Below, one piece after another: positions 24,557 through 36,823 of a DNA stretch of 64,000 nt (positions within the stretch are counted from its first letter, which is position 1; the number at the start of each line of letters is the position of its first letter). The position numbers and the translations under genes are program-made. Origin of the DNA: Lama glama (taxonomy: Eukaryota). The stretch lies in contig CM052818.1 of assembly GCA_028534125.1 (NCBI GenBank), positions 16,618,001 to 16,682,000 of the forward strand, written 5' to 3'. The notes under the pieces were generated by a model. That model saw only the letters and a program-made list of their open reading frames with translations, searched no databases and was not told the origin of the DNA.

Positions 24557-25760
24557 ACTACAAAGCTACAGTAATCAGAACAGTATGGTACTTGCACAAA
24601 AACAGACACATAGATCAATGGAACAGGATAGAAAGTCCAGAAATAAACCCACACACTTACGGTCAATTAATCTATGACAAAGAAGGGAAGAATATACAAT
24701 GGGGAAAAGACAATCTCTTCAATAAGTGGTGCTGGGAAAACTGGATAGCTACCTGTAAAAGAATGAAATTAGAACATTCTCTAACACCATACACAAAAAT
24801 AAACTCAAAATGAATTAAAGACGTAAATGTAAGACCGGATACTATAAAACTTCTAGAGGAAAACAGGAAGAACACTCTTTGACATAAATCACAGCAGTAT
24901 TTTCTTAGAGCCAGCTCCTAGAGAAATGAAAACAAAAGCAAAAATAAACAAATGGGACCTAATTAAACTTAAAAGCTTTTGCACAAGTAAGGATGCCATC
25001 AACAAAATGAAAAGACAACCTACAGAATGGAAGAAAATATTTGCAAATGATGAGGCCGACAAGCAGCTAATTTGCAAAATATACAAGCAGCTCATACAGC
25101 TTAATATCAGAAAAACAAACAACCCAATCAAAAAATTGGCAGAACACCTAAATAGATATTTCTTCAAAGAAGATATCCAGATGGCCAACAGGCACATGAA
25201 AAAATGCTCAATTTCATTAATTATTAGAGAAATGGAAGTCAAAAGTACAATGGGGTGTCACCTGATATCAGTCAGAATGACCATCGTCCAAAAGTCTACA
25301 AATAATAAATGCTAGAGAGGGTGTGGAGAAAAAGGAACCCTCCTACACTGTTGGTGGGAATGTAAATTGATGCAGCCACTATGGAGGATAGTATGGAAGT
25401 TCCTTAAAAAAAGTAAAAATAGACTTATCATGTGATCCAGCAATCCCACTCCTGAGCATATATCTGGAGAAAACTATAATTTGAAAAGACACATGTACCC
25501 CAATGTTCACAGCAGCACTATTCACAATAGCCAAGATGTGTAAACAACCCAAATGTCCATTAATAAATGATTGGATAAAGAAGATATGGCAGATATAGAT
25601 ATAGACATAGATATGATGGAGTATTACTCAGCCATAAAAAAGAATGAAATAATGCCATTTGCAGTAACATGGATGGACCTAGAGATTATCATGCTAAATG
25701 GAGTAAGTCAGGCAGAGAAATACAATTATCATATGATGTCACTTATATGTGAAATCTAAA
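24557..25760 (+). mobile_element. L1 ORF2 C-terminal region (inverted 5' arm), disrupted
   Basis: ORFs 24592-24813 ([25 protein letters not shown]...WCWENW), 24926-25315 (KINKWDLIKLKSFCTSK...HMKKCS) and 25571-25759 ([20 protein letters not shown]) are canonical L1 ORF2 motifs, broken by stops and frameshifts. Confidence 0.95.
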
Positions 25761-26144
25761 ATTTAATAATGCTTTTTAGAAATCTTAACACTGTGAGTAA
25801 TAACATTGCATTCACCTATTACATGTTGATTTTTATTTGTCACATAAATAAATGTTATCTAAAAGTATTGGTATATTAGCCACCAAAACTTCCACCAAAA
25901 TTTTAGTAGTTCAGTACAAAAGTGGTTTACAGAGTATCCTGGTTTGTGTTCTATTGAGGTTCTCAGGACAGGTATTATATCCATTTAATTTGCCACCTGA
26001 AATTTAGTGTCCAGTATATTGTCTGGAAAAGAGTAAGGAATTAATAGAAATTTACAGACTACAAAGTAAATAAGAATACAGATTTTTTCTCCAAACTTTA
26101 ACCATAGTCTCAAAATTTTTATTATCTTCCTTTCTTTCCAGATA

Positions 26145-26360
26145 TGCATTCATTGAACAAGTATTTACTGAGCACTAACTGTGTGTTGAGCACTGTTCTA
26201 GCAGCTTAAAAACCGGTAGAATAGGTTCTTACTCTCATGAAGTTTACCTTATTGGAGCAAGAAAAGCAATAAATAACTTAACAAATTAATTTGAAAAAGT
26301 AGCAGGCAGTGACAAGTGCTCTAAGGAAAATAAAATGAGGGCTCTGTTAGGGAGTGATTA
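26145..26360 (-). mobile_element. L2 3' end
   Basis: 'cattcattgaacaagtatttactgagcactaactgtgtgttgagcactgttcta'. Confidence 0.8.
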
Positions 26361-26924
26361 TTATGTGTGTTAACTTTTATAGTTTTGTGGAAAGTAAAAG
26401 CAAAATCCCAATCCTTTGCCACTTAAATATTAGAAAATGTATTATTCTTAAGCAAGAGAAATAAAGCAAGCCTTCTGCATGATGCTCCTCAGATACCTAG
26501 TTGATGGTCTGGTAGACAATTAGGGTCTATAAGAGCACAATCTGTTTGTCTCTTAAGGGACATAAATATGCATCTGGCAACTGGTGCTCAGAGTACAGCT
26601 GAAAAAAGATACATCAGAGAAAGGCAGTGTGCCGGTGAGATGAAACATCAATAATTACTCCCTGAGTAAGATTCCAATCTCCTTCTTTCTTTGTCGTTGT
26701 TTCAGAGACTGCAGTGTAGGAAGGTTGCCACTCTAAATGGCTTCTGGTCAGTGACCCCAAGTAGAGTTTATAATTTAATTGTCCCTCTAATCATTAGTGA
26801 TTAAAGCTCTTGACTGAACATCACGCCAAAGGGAAAATCTAGGATTGCCTGCTTCACTGAAATGCTGGCCATCATTTTGTAGTAAGTGGGGAGACCAAGG
26901 AATTTTGTTCATATAATGAGGTAG

Positions 26925-27017
26925 TAATTAAGCAGTATGGGTGCTCTGTAGTCAGACTTACCAGTGTTGAATTCTCGTGCTGAAACTCACTAGCTGTGTG
27001 ATCATGGATTAGATACT
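26925..27017 (+). mobile_element. MIR 5' fragment
   Basis: 'gctctgtagtcagacttaccagtgttgaattctc...ctcactagctgtgtgatcatgg'. Confidence 0.65.
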
Positions 27018-27225
27018 TGTCTTACGTCAAATTCCCAGGGAAACAGATTCTAAGACAGCTTTGCATACACAAGATTGATTGGGTTGCGCTCTCAGCAACA
27101 ACTTCTGTAAGGCAGTGAGAGAAATAGAATTAAACATAAGGAGAGGTTGAACTGGGATGCAGTTGAAACAGAGGCCCCAGCCACGGATGCCATGGGATCT
27201 CAGGCTAGAAGGGCTCTTTAGCAAA
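27018..27225 (-). mobile_element. LTR16-like ERVL LTR fragment
   Basis: 'tgtcttacgtcaaattcccagggaaacagattctaagac' and 'ggttgaactgggatgcagttgaaacagaggccccagcc' resemble LTR16C. Confidence 0.6.
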
Positions 27226-27756
27226 TCTAAGAGCTACCCAGTTATCTGTACTGGTGGGGGGAAATTGAAGCCACCCACCCAGGGTGTGGGCAATTGTTTA
27301 ATTCTTAGTCTAACAAAAACATTTTGGTGAAAGAGTACTTCATCACTGACATTGTTTAGGATTGCAGGTGCATGGTGATAATAAGAGAAAATTGACTTTT
27401 AGTAAATTGTTGAAATTTATTTTTCTCCACAAACAGTGCATCCCTTTATTGCCTGCAGCTGGGGTGAACTATTTCTACTGCTCTGCCCTTGGAACACCAT
27501 GGCATAACTCTTGGATCCACTGGAAGTAGCTCAGCTACATACCTTATTACCATCATAGTGTTTATAAAACTAAGGTACTGATAACTTAAGTAGCTTCCTT
27601 AGATTTCTCAGCTAGTCCATTGCAGTGCTGGCATTTAAACAAGGGTGACTTACATGTAGAGCTTGTGAGCTCAGGCTATACTTTCTCAACCCTTGCAGAG
27701 CTACCATGAGGGTTTAAAGCAGCAGCTACATATAAATTATCTGAGATTTTATAATA

Positions 27757-28590
27757 ACAAGTTCTTACCTATTTTGGTCTTAGGACCCCTTTACTTGCTT
27801 AAAAATTATCGAGAATCTCAGTGAACTTTTATTTTCATGGGTAAATATCTGAACATTTACTATAGTTGAAATTGAAACAAAAAATACAAATATTTATTTA
27901 TCAATTCATTTAAAATTACATTAATAAAGTAGTTACTTGTTTTTAAAAATTAAGTGTATTTTCATAACCAAGCTATAGAAACAACCTAATTATTCATCAC
28001 TGGATGGTGGACAAAGAAAAGTTGGTATAGCCATACGATGGGATATTATTCAGCTTTAAAAAAGAAGGAAATTCTGTGATACAGGGCAACATGAGTGAAC
28101 CTTAAAGACATCATTCCAAGAGAAATGAGCCAGTCACATAAAGACACAAACTGTATGATTTCAATGATGTGAATAACCTAAAATAGAGAAATTCATAGAA
28201 TCAGTGAGTAGAATAATGGTAATCAGAGGCTGTAAAAGGGGGAAGATGGGGACTTGGTAGTTGAAAAACATGAAGTTTCAGTTATTCAGGATGAGTAAGT
28301 TCTGGAGATCTCGTGTGTAACATTGTGCCTATAGTTACCATTACTGTATTGTACACTTAAAAATTTGTTCAGAAGGTAGAGCTCATGTGTTTTTACCAGT
28401 ATAAAATAAATAAGTTAAAATAAAATAAGCATATTTTCAGTGCAAAAAAATCTAGTGGAAAGAGTGGCATTGTTTTACATTACTGAAAAATTTCTTAATA
28501 TCTGTCTTGATAAAAAAAAGAATTCTCATTTCTACTTCTGTGCTGTCTGTTAAAATGTATTATTTTGGTTGAAGTAAAAGAAGAAAAATA
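27757..28590 (-). mobile_element. Charlie1-family hAT DNA transposon, interrupted by an L1
   Basis: 'ttttggtcttaggacccctttacttgcttaaaaattat' and 'tagtggaaagagtggcattgttttacatt' match the remembered Charlie1 terminus. Confidence 0.75.
27964..28421 (+). mobile_element. L1 (L1MA10/L1MB1-like) 3' end nested in Charlie1
   Basis: 'atattattcagctttaaaaaagaaggaaattctg...gatgagtaagttctggagatct...gtattgtacacttaaaaatttg'; degraded TSD aaaaattaagtgtattttc / aaaataagcatattttc. Confidence 0.85.
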
Positions 28591-28770
28591 TATATATTTA
28601 TAAGTATGTTTGTGTGTATATATATGTATACACATATTTTATATAATACACATTCACACACACATATCTAAAATAATGACTTTTCCAAAATATTAATTGG
28701 TATATTCTATGATTTGCTATTACTATTACCAAAAGAAGTATGTGAACTTCTAGCCTGTCTTTTTGTTCAT

Positions 28771-29097
28771 AAGACGAACAAACTTATGTACAAAACGGAA
28801 ACAGACACGCAGATACAGAAAACAAACTTATGGTTACCAGAGGGGGAAGAGGGTGGGAAGGGATAAATTGGGAGTTCTAGATATGCAGATACTAACTAAT
28901 ATACATAAACAATAAGTTTATACTATATAGCACAGGGAACTATATTCAGTGTCTTATAGTAACTTATGGTGAAGAAGAATATGAAAACAAATATATGTAT
29001 GTTCCTATATGACTGAAGTATTGTGCTGTACACCAGAAATTGACACAACATTATAAACTGACTATACTTCAAAAAAAATAGGAAAAGAAAAAAAAAA
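28771..29097 (+). mobile_element. Young lineage-specific (camelid-type) L1 3' UTR with poly(A)
   Basis: 'acaaacttatggttaccagagggggaagagggtgggaagggataaattgggag...gcacagggaactatattca...acacaacattataaactgactatacttcaaaaaaa'. Confidence 0.9.
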
Positions 29098-29479
29098 GAC
29101 AAAATAGTAAAGTGTAAAGATCCCTGGACAAGCATTCAAAAAATTTGTGTTCCATGAAGCTTCACCATATATTTAGTTGTCTGTCCTTATTTACGTAATT
29201 TCAATTCTCTATTCTTTGTTGATTCATCTAAAACCCTGGGATAATACCTCTTACCTGAGTGATCTTACAGTTATTGTGAAAATTAAATGGAAACATAAGT
29301 ATAAAATATGTTTTATATTATTATGCAAAGAAAGTTATTGTGACTACACTGTACTCATAATTATTATTAGAAATTGCACCTTGTAAAAATACAGGTATCA
29401 TTATTAATATCATCCTATTTGGAATTCCTGAAAACAAGCAAGGAAGAGCCAGCCTCTCCACTGAGCGCTTATATAAACA

Positions 29480-30525
29480 TACACTCCAGGCATCTCAGAC
29501 ACAGTATGGCTAAAACTGAAGTCAGTATTTCCCATTCCACATTTTTATCCTCTTTTATATTCTTAGGTTAATTAAGTCTCATCAATTCTTCTTTCCAGTA
29601 ACTCAGGCTAAGTCCATCTTCAAATTTACCCCTCAACTCTTACCATCTATCCATTTGTTTTCTAAATTTTAGGATCTGCAATCTTATTGTTCAACATGTT
29701 CACCCTTTGTTCATTATTCTTGCTATAGAATCGTCAATCAAATCCTCAACAATGTTTCCCTAGACCATTTCAGTTGTCTCCTAGACATCAGTCTTCATAC
29801 AACTGTGTTTCAGTGTCTCCAACCAGTCCTCACATTGCCTGAGATTGTATTTCTAAACCTAAGCAGGATCAGGTCATTTTTCTAGCTTAAAAAAATTGAA
29901 TGTTTTCCCACTGCCTAGAGAATAATAACCAGACTCCTTGCTGGAGAGTCAGAATCCTATATGAACTTGTTTCAGCCATTCATTATACGCTCATCTTATC
30001 ATACATCTTGATTCCTAGCATCAAGAGACTACTGGGCATTTTTGGAATATGCTAATCATTTTTAACATCTTTATCACTTTGCTCATGCCTAAGATGTCCT
30101 TCATTCAGTTTTCCACCACCCTCCCAAAAAGGTTTCTAATTATCAATGTCACTCTCATCCAAACTTAGTGCAAATGTCCAAATACTCATAATCCCTGATT
30201 CTTCAGGCAAAATTAATTACTCCCTACTCGGCTTTCCCAGAGCAATCTGTCTTCACCTTTATTATTTGAAATATACATACTTACCAAAAATATACTAAAT
30301 ACAGGACAAACATTGGATTATGTATAGGATTTTAAAAGATTGTATATGAAACCTATGCTCAGATCTCTCTCCAAATAACATTATTTTGTTATATCTTGTG
30401 TTTAGATTATAAACAATGTGAAGGCATAGATTGAGACTCAGTTATCTTTATTTCCTCTTTGGTGTCTAACACAATGCCTTACACAGATACCAGTGATTCC
30501 AAATAAATGTTGATTTTGTTTGAAT
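29480..30525 (+). mobile_element. L2 LINE 3' region
   Basis: 'ggcatctcagacacagtatggctaaaactgaa', 'ttcccactgcctagagaataa', 'tctaacacaatgccttacacag...aataaatgttg'. Confidence 0.7.
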
Positions 30526-30989
30526 TTATAAAGACTCAGGCAGAGTTTGAGGAATTGTGCAAAGTCACTATGCCTTTTGGTGGTTCCTTTCAACAAGAAG
30601 AAACTTGTCATACAGATTATATGCTTGCTGACAAGGCTTCCCAATATCCTATTACCATTTCTTCTGCTTTCTTTGAAAGAATATCCAGTATAAAACTTTA
30701 TTTTCTGTACTTTTCTTCTATATCAAAGGGAAAAAAATCTCTAAAATTTGATAATGTAATTATAAAAATAGAATGATTTTGCTTGCGTTTCATCATTCCT
30801 GTTTTTACTCCATTGCCAACTAAAATTTCTAACCTAAGAACTATACATGCACCTGTACATCCAACCTGTGAATGATGATAGGATTTAATATATTTTTACA
30901 TATATATGAGATTCGTGAGGGTATGGTTTTAACCATTAAGTATACTGTTTAAAGAATTTCAAATGAGTTTGTCTGAAAAACTGGTTAAA

Positions 30990-31360
30990 TCAGTCAAGAA
31001 TTGCTTTGTGACTTAAATTAATGAAGTATTTCATTTTTCAACATAAAAAGTTCGAAGAAAGCCAGGAAAAAGCATAGTCACTTCACAATGCCATCAGGCA
31101 CTAGGGACTTTGTCTTCTACTCTTTAGCACATACTTGTCACCTCCCAGTCATAAGATGTCTCTTCTGCCTCCAGGTATCATGTCAGTATTCAAGTCAGAA
31201 AAGGAGGGAAGGGCATAAAGTTAAAAGGCACGTGATAACTGAGTTAGTCCCTCTTGAAGGACACCCAGCAATGCCAAAGTATGTCTATATCATCAGCCAG
31301 ATCTGTGTCTCTTGGCCATCTTTATCTAGAAGGGGGGCATGGAAAATAATTTTTTGGTGA
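30990..31360 (-). mobile_element. Old MLT1 MaLR LTR
   Basis: 'cttcacaatgccatcaggcac', 'gtcataagatgtc...ctccaggtatcatgtcagtattcaag'. Confidence 0.55.
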
Positions 31361-32319
31361 CAGCAGTGATGGCTTTTTAGCTTAAAATTTTTATGGTGGA
31401 GGGACCAAGCTTGTTATTGGCATGGGTTTAGCCAAACTGAAGTAATGCCAAGTGATTGTATAATAATCTCTCAAAAATGGTACTTGTTTTGTTTCTCAGT
31501 GAAAATGGCAACATTACCAAAAAATCAGTTAATTGATAAGGTTAGTTCTTTTATTAGTCATAAAATCCTTTGAGTTTCCTGAAAGATGTATAGTTTAAAA
31601 ATATAGGTAGCTAGATATGTATTATATAGTTAAGGCAAATTGATCATACACTTCAAAATTCTTGATACAGTCTCATATAAGCAATTAAAATTTGAATTTA
31701 TAGCTATATTTATATTTTTCTTAAGTACATTTGGTTGAGGAAATTGTATACTTGATTTGGAAGATGAGCAATGAAAGCCACATGTTTTCAACACCAGTGA
31801 ATATTACCAGCTACTTTGGTTTATATCCTGATCCTAATGTCATTAGCAATCTACTAAAAGTTTAACATTATTAAAATCATTAATCATTCAGTATTTTATG
31901 GAAGTAATCTTAATTGCAGATTTGGTCATTAAAATCCTCAGAAAAGTAAGGGAAAAATTCACTCCAAGCCTCCAAGTACTGGAAGTATCAGATATATATG
32001 TGGGTTTTTTTCAGTAAACACTGAAAATTTTAAGTGAAAAGCAGTATAGTGCAGGGAAGAAAGAATACTCTTCTACACCAAAGAAAGATCAATTGATAAA
32101 TCAGGAAACATTTATTGACTACCTATTATTTACTTAGTTCTTTATTAAATGGAATAAATAAATGGATAAAATGAAGTACTTACAATTTTCTTTGAGAGAT
32201 TCAATAAAACATACAAAGCAGTAGAGAATGTAATCATCTTTATATTCAAATGGTAAATTCAGATCACTGAATTTTCCAGCTGGACAAGACTTTTGAGATA
32301 AACAAATCAATCATCAGGA

Positions 32320-32630
32320 ATTAGTCAGGGTATTTAATACTGGCTCCTGTAGCAAATAACTGCAACACACAGTGATAAAACACAGATTTATACCACTCTG
32401 TTAAAGACCAAGATGGTCAGAGAGAAGGAGATGGGATTTGCTCAATGAAGTTATACAGAAATCTGGGCTCCTTTGATCTAGGTGTTTATCCATCCTTTAG
32501 GGCCACTGAGTTTCTCATTGAAATCTTTGCTTCTAACTGGTCAAATAATTATAGAAGGATTTGTCCTGGAATGGGTATATGATACTCTACATACATTCCA
32601 TTGACCCTATGCCAGGTCCCATCTAAGTAT
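32320..32630 (-). mobile_element. Old MLT1 MaLR LTR fragment
   Basis: 'attagtcagggtattta...gtagcaaataac', 'ctacatacattccattgacc'. Confidence 0.45.
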
Positions 32631-32639
32631 TTCCTATAC

Positions 32640-32970
32640 CTAAAAATCTCTTGCATTTCCTCTTGGCCTGATTGACTGAATCTCATCTTCAAGATCTCAG
32701 CTCAACCTCCACTGACTCAGGAAATCTTTCCCTGACAACCCTAACAAAGACAAATATCTGTTTTAGACATTCATATCAAGGATATTAGCATTGTTCCAGG
32801 TGTAATTTTAGATTATCTGGTTAATGCCTGTATTCCTTACTTTATTCTAAAATAATGTGGATAGGGATTATATCAATTTTTGTTTAGCAATGTTATCTCT
32901 AGGGCCTACAATCATACCTGGCCTAGGGAAAGTGTTTAAGAAGAACCTGCTGAGAGAATGAATGAATGAG
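32640..32970 (+). mobile_element. L2 3' end
   Basis: 'ctcatcttcaagatctcagctcaa...aggaaatctttccctgac' and terminal 'gaatgaatgaatga'. Confidence 0.75.
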
Positions 32971-33829
32971 TTAAAGCATGCATGCATGAATACATGAATA
33001 GATCCATGAAGTAAATTGTCTGTGGATACATGTTTATCAAATGGTAAAACTGAAACCCAGTAATACTCAGCTTTGATCCAGTTCTCTTTCCATTAGCTCC
33101 ATATTCTTTCATTGGGTTCTGTTTATAGGTTAAAATGTATCTTCACTGCCTTATGAACTTTAGCTATGATGGGTCATTGAACCCATCTACATATTACATA
33201 TAGATCTTGAAGTAAAATGATGTGACCCCATTGGAATGAATGATTACATGTTTTAATATGTACTTTATATTTATATATATAATTATTAGTATAATACCAT
33301 TATAGCATTAATATTAATACTTTATTACTACAATATATTATAGATAATATTATATAATAATTGAAGTATCACTATTGTGTGAATATATATATATATATAT
33401 ATCACTGCTATAGCAGAAAATTAAAAAATCTATATGAATGCATAGAAATGTCCTAGTATCTAAATATAGCATTATACTGGCATTGTAATAGTGTTTGGTC
33501 AGGGCTGAGATGTAGATGATGAATTAGGCAACAACAATGAGTAATTCAAGATACAGATTTAAAGGGAATGAAGAACTCACTTCCTGGGGAAGATGAGGCA
33601 TAGAATGATAGCAAATGTTGAACCAGAATCATGCCTAGGATTCAGATTTATATGGGTGTGCCTGGTGAATGAGGATATAGGTCTGAATGAGAGAAAACAA
33701 ATAGCAAGAAGGGACTCGAATATCCTAAGTTGTGCATTCACCACAAGAAGACCTTCTAACCCAAAATGAGTCTCAGTCGGCACAGGGCACAAGATAGTAA
33801 CAATGCTGGGCATAGGCTGGTGACTGTTA

Positions 33830-35810
33830 CTTTGTTTATACCAGCCTTATTAAGGTATAATTGACCTAAAATAAACTCCCTATATTTAAAGTATAAAAGT
33901 TGTTAAGTTTTGATACATGTGTGTATCCATGAAACCATAATCATAATCAAGATAATCAACACATATCTCAATCTCAAAATTTTCCTTATGTACTTTTGTT
34001 ATTTCTCCCTCTCATCTCATAAACCCATCCTATCCTGGCAACAAGCAACCACGCAGCTTATTTCTTTCACAATACAATAGTTTGCATTTGTAAGAATTTT
34101 CTATAAATAGAATCACAGAATATACATTTTCTTTTCTTTTTAAGGGTAGAGGAAGTATCTGGCTTCTTTTGCTCGCAGTAATTATTTTGAATATATATAT
34201 TCTACTATTGTTAGATGGCAAGATCTATCTGTGCATATCAATTAGGTCAAGTTGGTTGATAGTATTGTTCACATCTACTTTTTTTTGTTTCATATTTTCT
34301 GCCTTCTTGTTTGATTATTGAGAAAGGGGTATTGAAATCTCCAACCTAAGTGTGAATTTATCTATTTCTCTTCACAATTACATCAGTTTCATGTCTTGTA
34401 TTTTGAGACACTAATATTTTTGTGCATAAACATTCATGATTGTATGTACACCTGGTGAATTTCCCCCTTAATCATTATGAAATGATCTTTTTGTTTGTGA
34501 TAATCCTTTTTGCTCTGAAATTTAATTTGTCTTATATTGATATGGTCAATCCAACTTTCTTTTCATTAGTGTTAGCATTGTACTTCCATCTTTCTGCTTT
34601 TAACGAATCTGTGTTTATATTTAAAATTGTAAGTGGTATTTAAAGTGTGCATTGTGGTGGTTTAACATACATATACTTTGTAAAAGGATCATCCCTGTCT
34701 AGTTAATTAACACATCAATCATCTCACAACATATTTACCCTTTTTTTGGTGTGTGTTGAGGGTGAGGGCATGTAAAGTCTAATCTAAGCAAATTTCAATT
34801 TTACAGTACAGTATTATCAACTATACTCACCAAGTCTTATATGAGATTTTCAGACTTTATTAATCTTGTAGCTGAAAGTTTGTAACCATTACCATCATCT
34901 CCCTATTTTTAGCTCCTTTGTTGACTTTTTGCTTTATTTATGTGTTTCATTTTGCTATGGTTGCTATAGGGGTTTATAGCATAGATCTTTAATTAGTAAC
35001 AGTCTACCTTCAAGTATTATTGTTCCACTATACACCTATTATAAGAACCTTGAAACACTATACTTTCATTTCTCCCCTTTGAGACTTTGTGGTATTGTTG
35101 TGATGCATTTTACTTCTACATATGATATAAATCATATATTACATTCTCAGTAGTTTGATTAAACAATCACATATTTTTAAAAATTTTAAGTACTAAGAAA
35201 AAGGTTATATATATTTACCAGTTTTCAGTGTTCTTCATATTTTCTTGTGGATTCATATTTCCATCTGATATCCTGTTCCTTCTGCCTGAAGAACTTCTTT
35301 TAATATTTTGTGTACTGTGAGTTTGCTGGTGATGAATATTTTTCAGCTTTCGAATTCTGAAAAATCTGAATTTTACTTTCTTTTTAAAATACACTAAAAA
35401 AATTTGCTGGATATATATTCTAAATATGAATGCACTGACAGTCTTTTTCTTTTAAGTTTAAAATTGTTGTTCCACTGTCTTCTCAATTGTATTTTTTCTA
35501 ATAAGAAATTTGGTATTATGCTTATCTTTGTTCCTCTTTATATAACATCGTTTTTCTCAGCTGCTTTTAAAATTTTCTCTCTATCAGTTTTTTGAGAAAT
35601 TTTTATTATGATATATGTTAGTATAATTTTCTCTAAATATTTCAAGCTTCATTGAGCTTCTTAGATCTATAGGTTTATCTTGTTCGTCACATTTGAGGAA
35701 GTTTTGGCCATTATTTCTTTCAATATTTTCTCTCCTTCCTGTCTCCGCCACCTTCTAGGACACTAATTACATGTATTAGGCACTTGAATTCATCTCACAG
35801 CTCATCTAAA
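33830..35810 (-). mobile_element. Old L1 (L1MC-like): 3' UTR, ORF2 endonuclease region and ORF1, with a nested younger L1 3' end
   Basis: 3' end 'gccttattaaggtataattgac' (33830-34215); EN-region 'tcaattaggtcaagttggttgatagtattgttca...gtattgaaatctccaac' (34220-34630); ORF1-region 'ctgcctgaagaactt...tttggccattatttc' (34915-35810). Confidence 0.75.
34638..34915 (-). mobile_element. L1MA-type 3' end nested in the older L1
   Basis: 'tagttaattaacacatc', 'gcaaatttcaattttacagtacagtattatcaactata', 'ctgaaagtttgtaacc'. Confidence 0.7.
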
Positions 35811-36293
35811 AGTGAGAAACATGGAAGGATTCTATACCCCTTATGGCAGAATAAAAAAATAAACAGTACAGCTACAGAAAATTTGAGGAGGGGCCAAAAG
35901 TTACACAGATCTTAATCATTACAGATGAGATACTGCTTATGGGCTCCCAAAGCTATTAAGAGAGAAGGAAATCTGAAAAGGAGATTGAGAACCCCGCAGT
36001 TATTCCTTGAGAAGAGCTACTGAGATACCAAAATTCATATCTACATGTTAATGTAAGTTAGTTTTGTATCCAAAGAATGGCAAGGCCTGTGACATAATAG
36101 ACTTTTAAAACAGAGTAGAGATTTTACTATATGAGGGTACTTTTCTAATTTGATACAGTATTTAACAGTGCCTTAAATTCAGCCAGTAGCATCCCCCCTT
36201 AATTTACCACTATTTATAACACTGTTTAATATTATATAATATTATAAATTCCTGACTGATATAAATCCCGCTGTCTTCAATTTCTTTTCCAAA

Positions 36294-36322
<29 letters not shown>
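36294..36322. repeat. (TG)14 microsatellite
   Basis: Seen directly. Confidence 0.95.
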
Positions 36323-36326
<4 letters not shown>

Positions 36327-36479
36327 ATAGGAAACTATACCCAGTGAGTAAGTGGCTAGTTAGTGCTTTCGGCTGCTTGACTAAATACGAATGCACAAAA
36401 CTGAGTTTATTCAGACAGCTATACTATTAAAACATTACTCAGGAATAAAGTAGGATTCAAAATTATATAAACTTTTAAA

Positions 36480-36823
36480 AAAATTCAACAGATAATTTAC
36501 AGAAAACCTTCTGCCTACAATGTGCCATGCAGTGTGCTGAGCAAATAGATAAGGTACTGATCTCAAGGATCTTACTGAGTGGTAGAAGACACACATTAAT
36601 CTGAGAGTCACTCAGACATACAGCAATTACAAACTGTGAAAGGGCTATGAAGGAAAACAGAAGGGACAAAAGAGCATACAACAGGAAGTCTTGGCTCGGA
36701 AGTACAGGCAATCTTCCTTGGGCAAGTAAAAACGTCACTGAGCTGTGAAAGATGAGCAGAGGTAACTGAGGTGAAATACTGGCAGAGGGTTTGGAGATGC
36801 CCAACTCTGAGAATAACCTGTGC
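36480..36823 (-). mobile_element. L2, interrupted by an ERV fragment; resumes at about 37248-37290
   Basis: 'cctacaatgtgccatgcagtgtgctgag', 'gctatgaaggaaaac', 'ctgagctgtgaaagatgagcagagg'; continuation 'cactgagaaaggacaaaagatggcatgtttgagaaa'. Confidence 0.7.

Noticed and set aside
24592..25759. ORFs with clear protein-like sequence
   Set aside because: Fragments of L1 ORF2 broken by stops and frameshifts; not a host gene or an active L1.
33250..33400. Extremely AT-rich tract
   Set aside because: Low-complexity, decayed (TA)n with no further structure.
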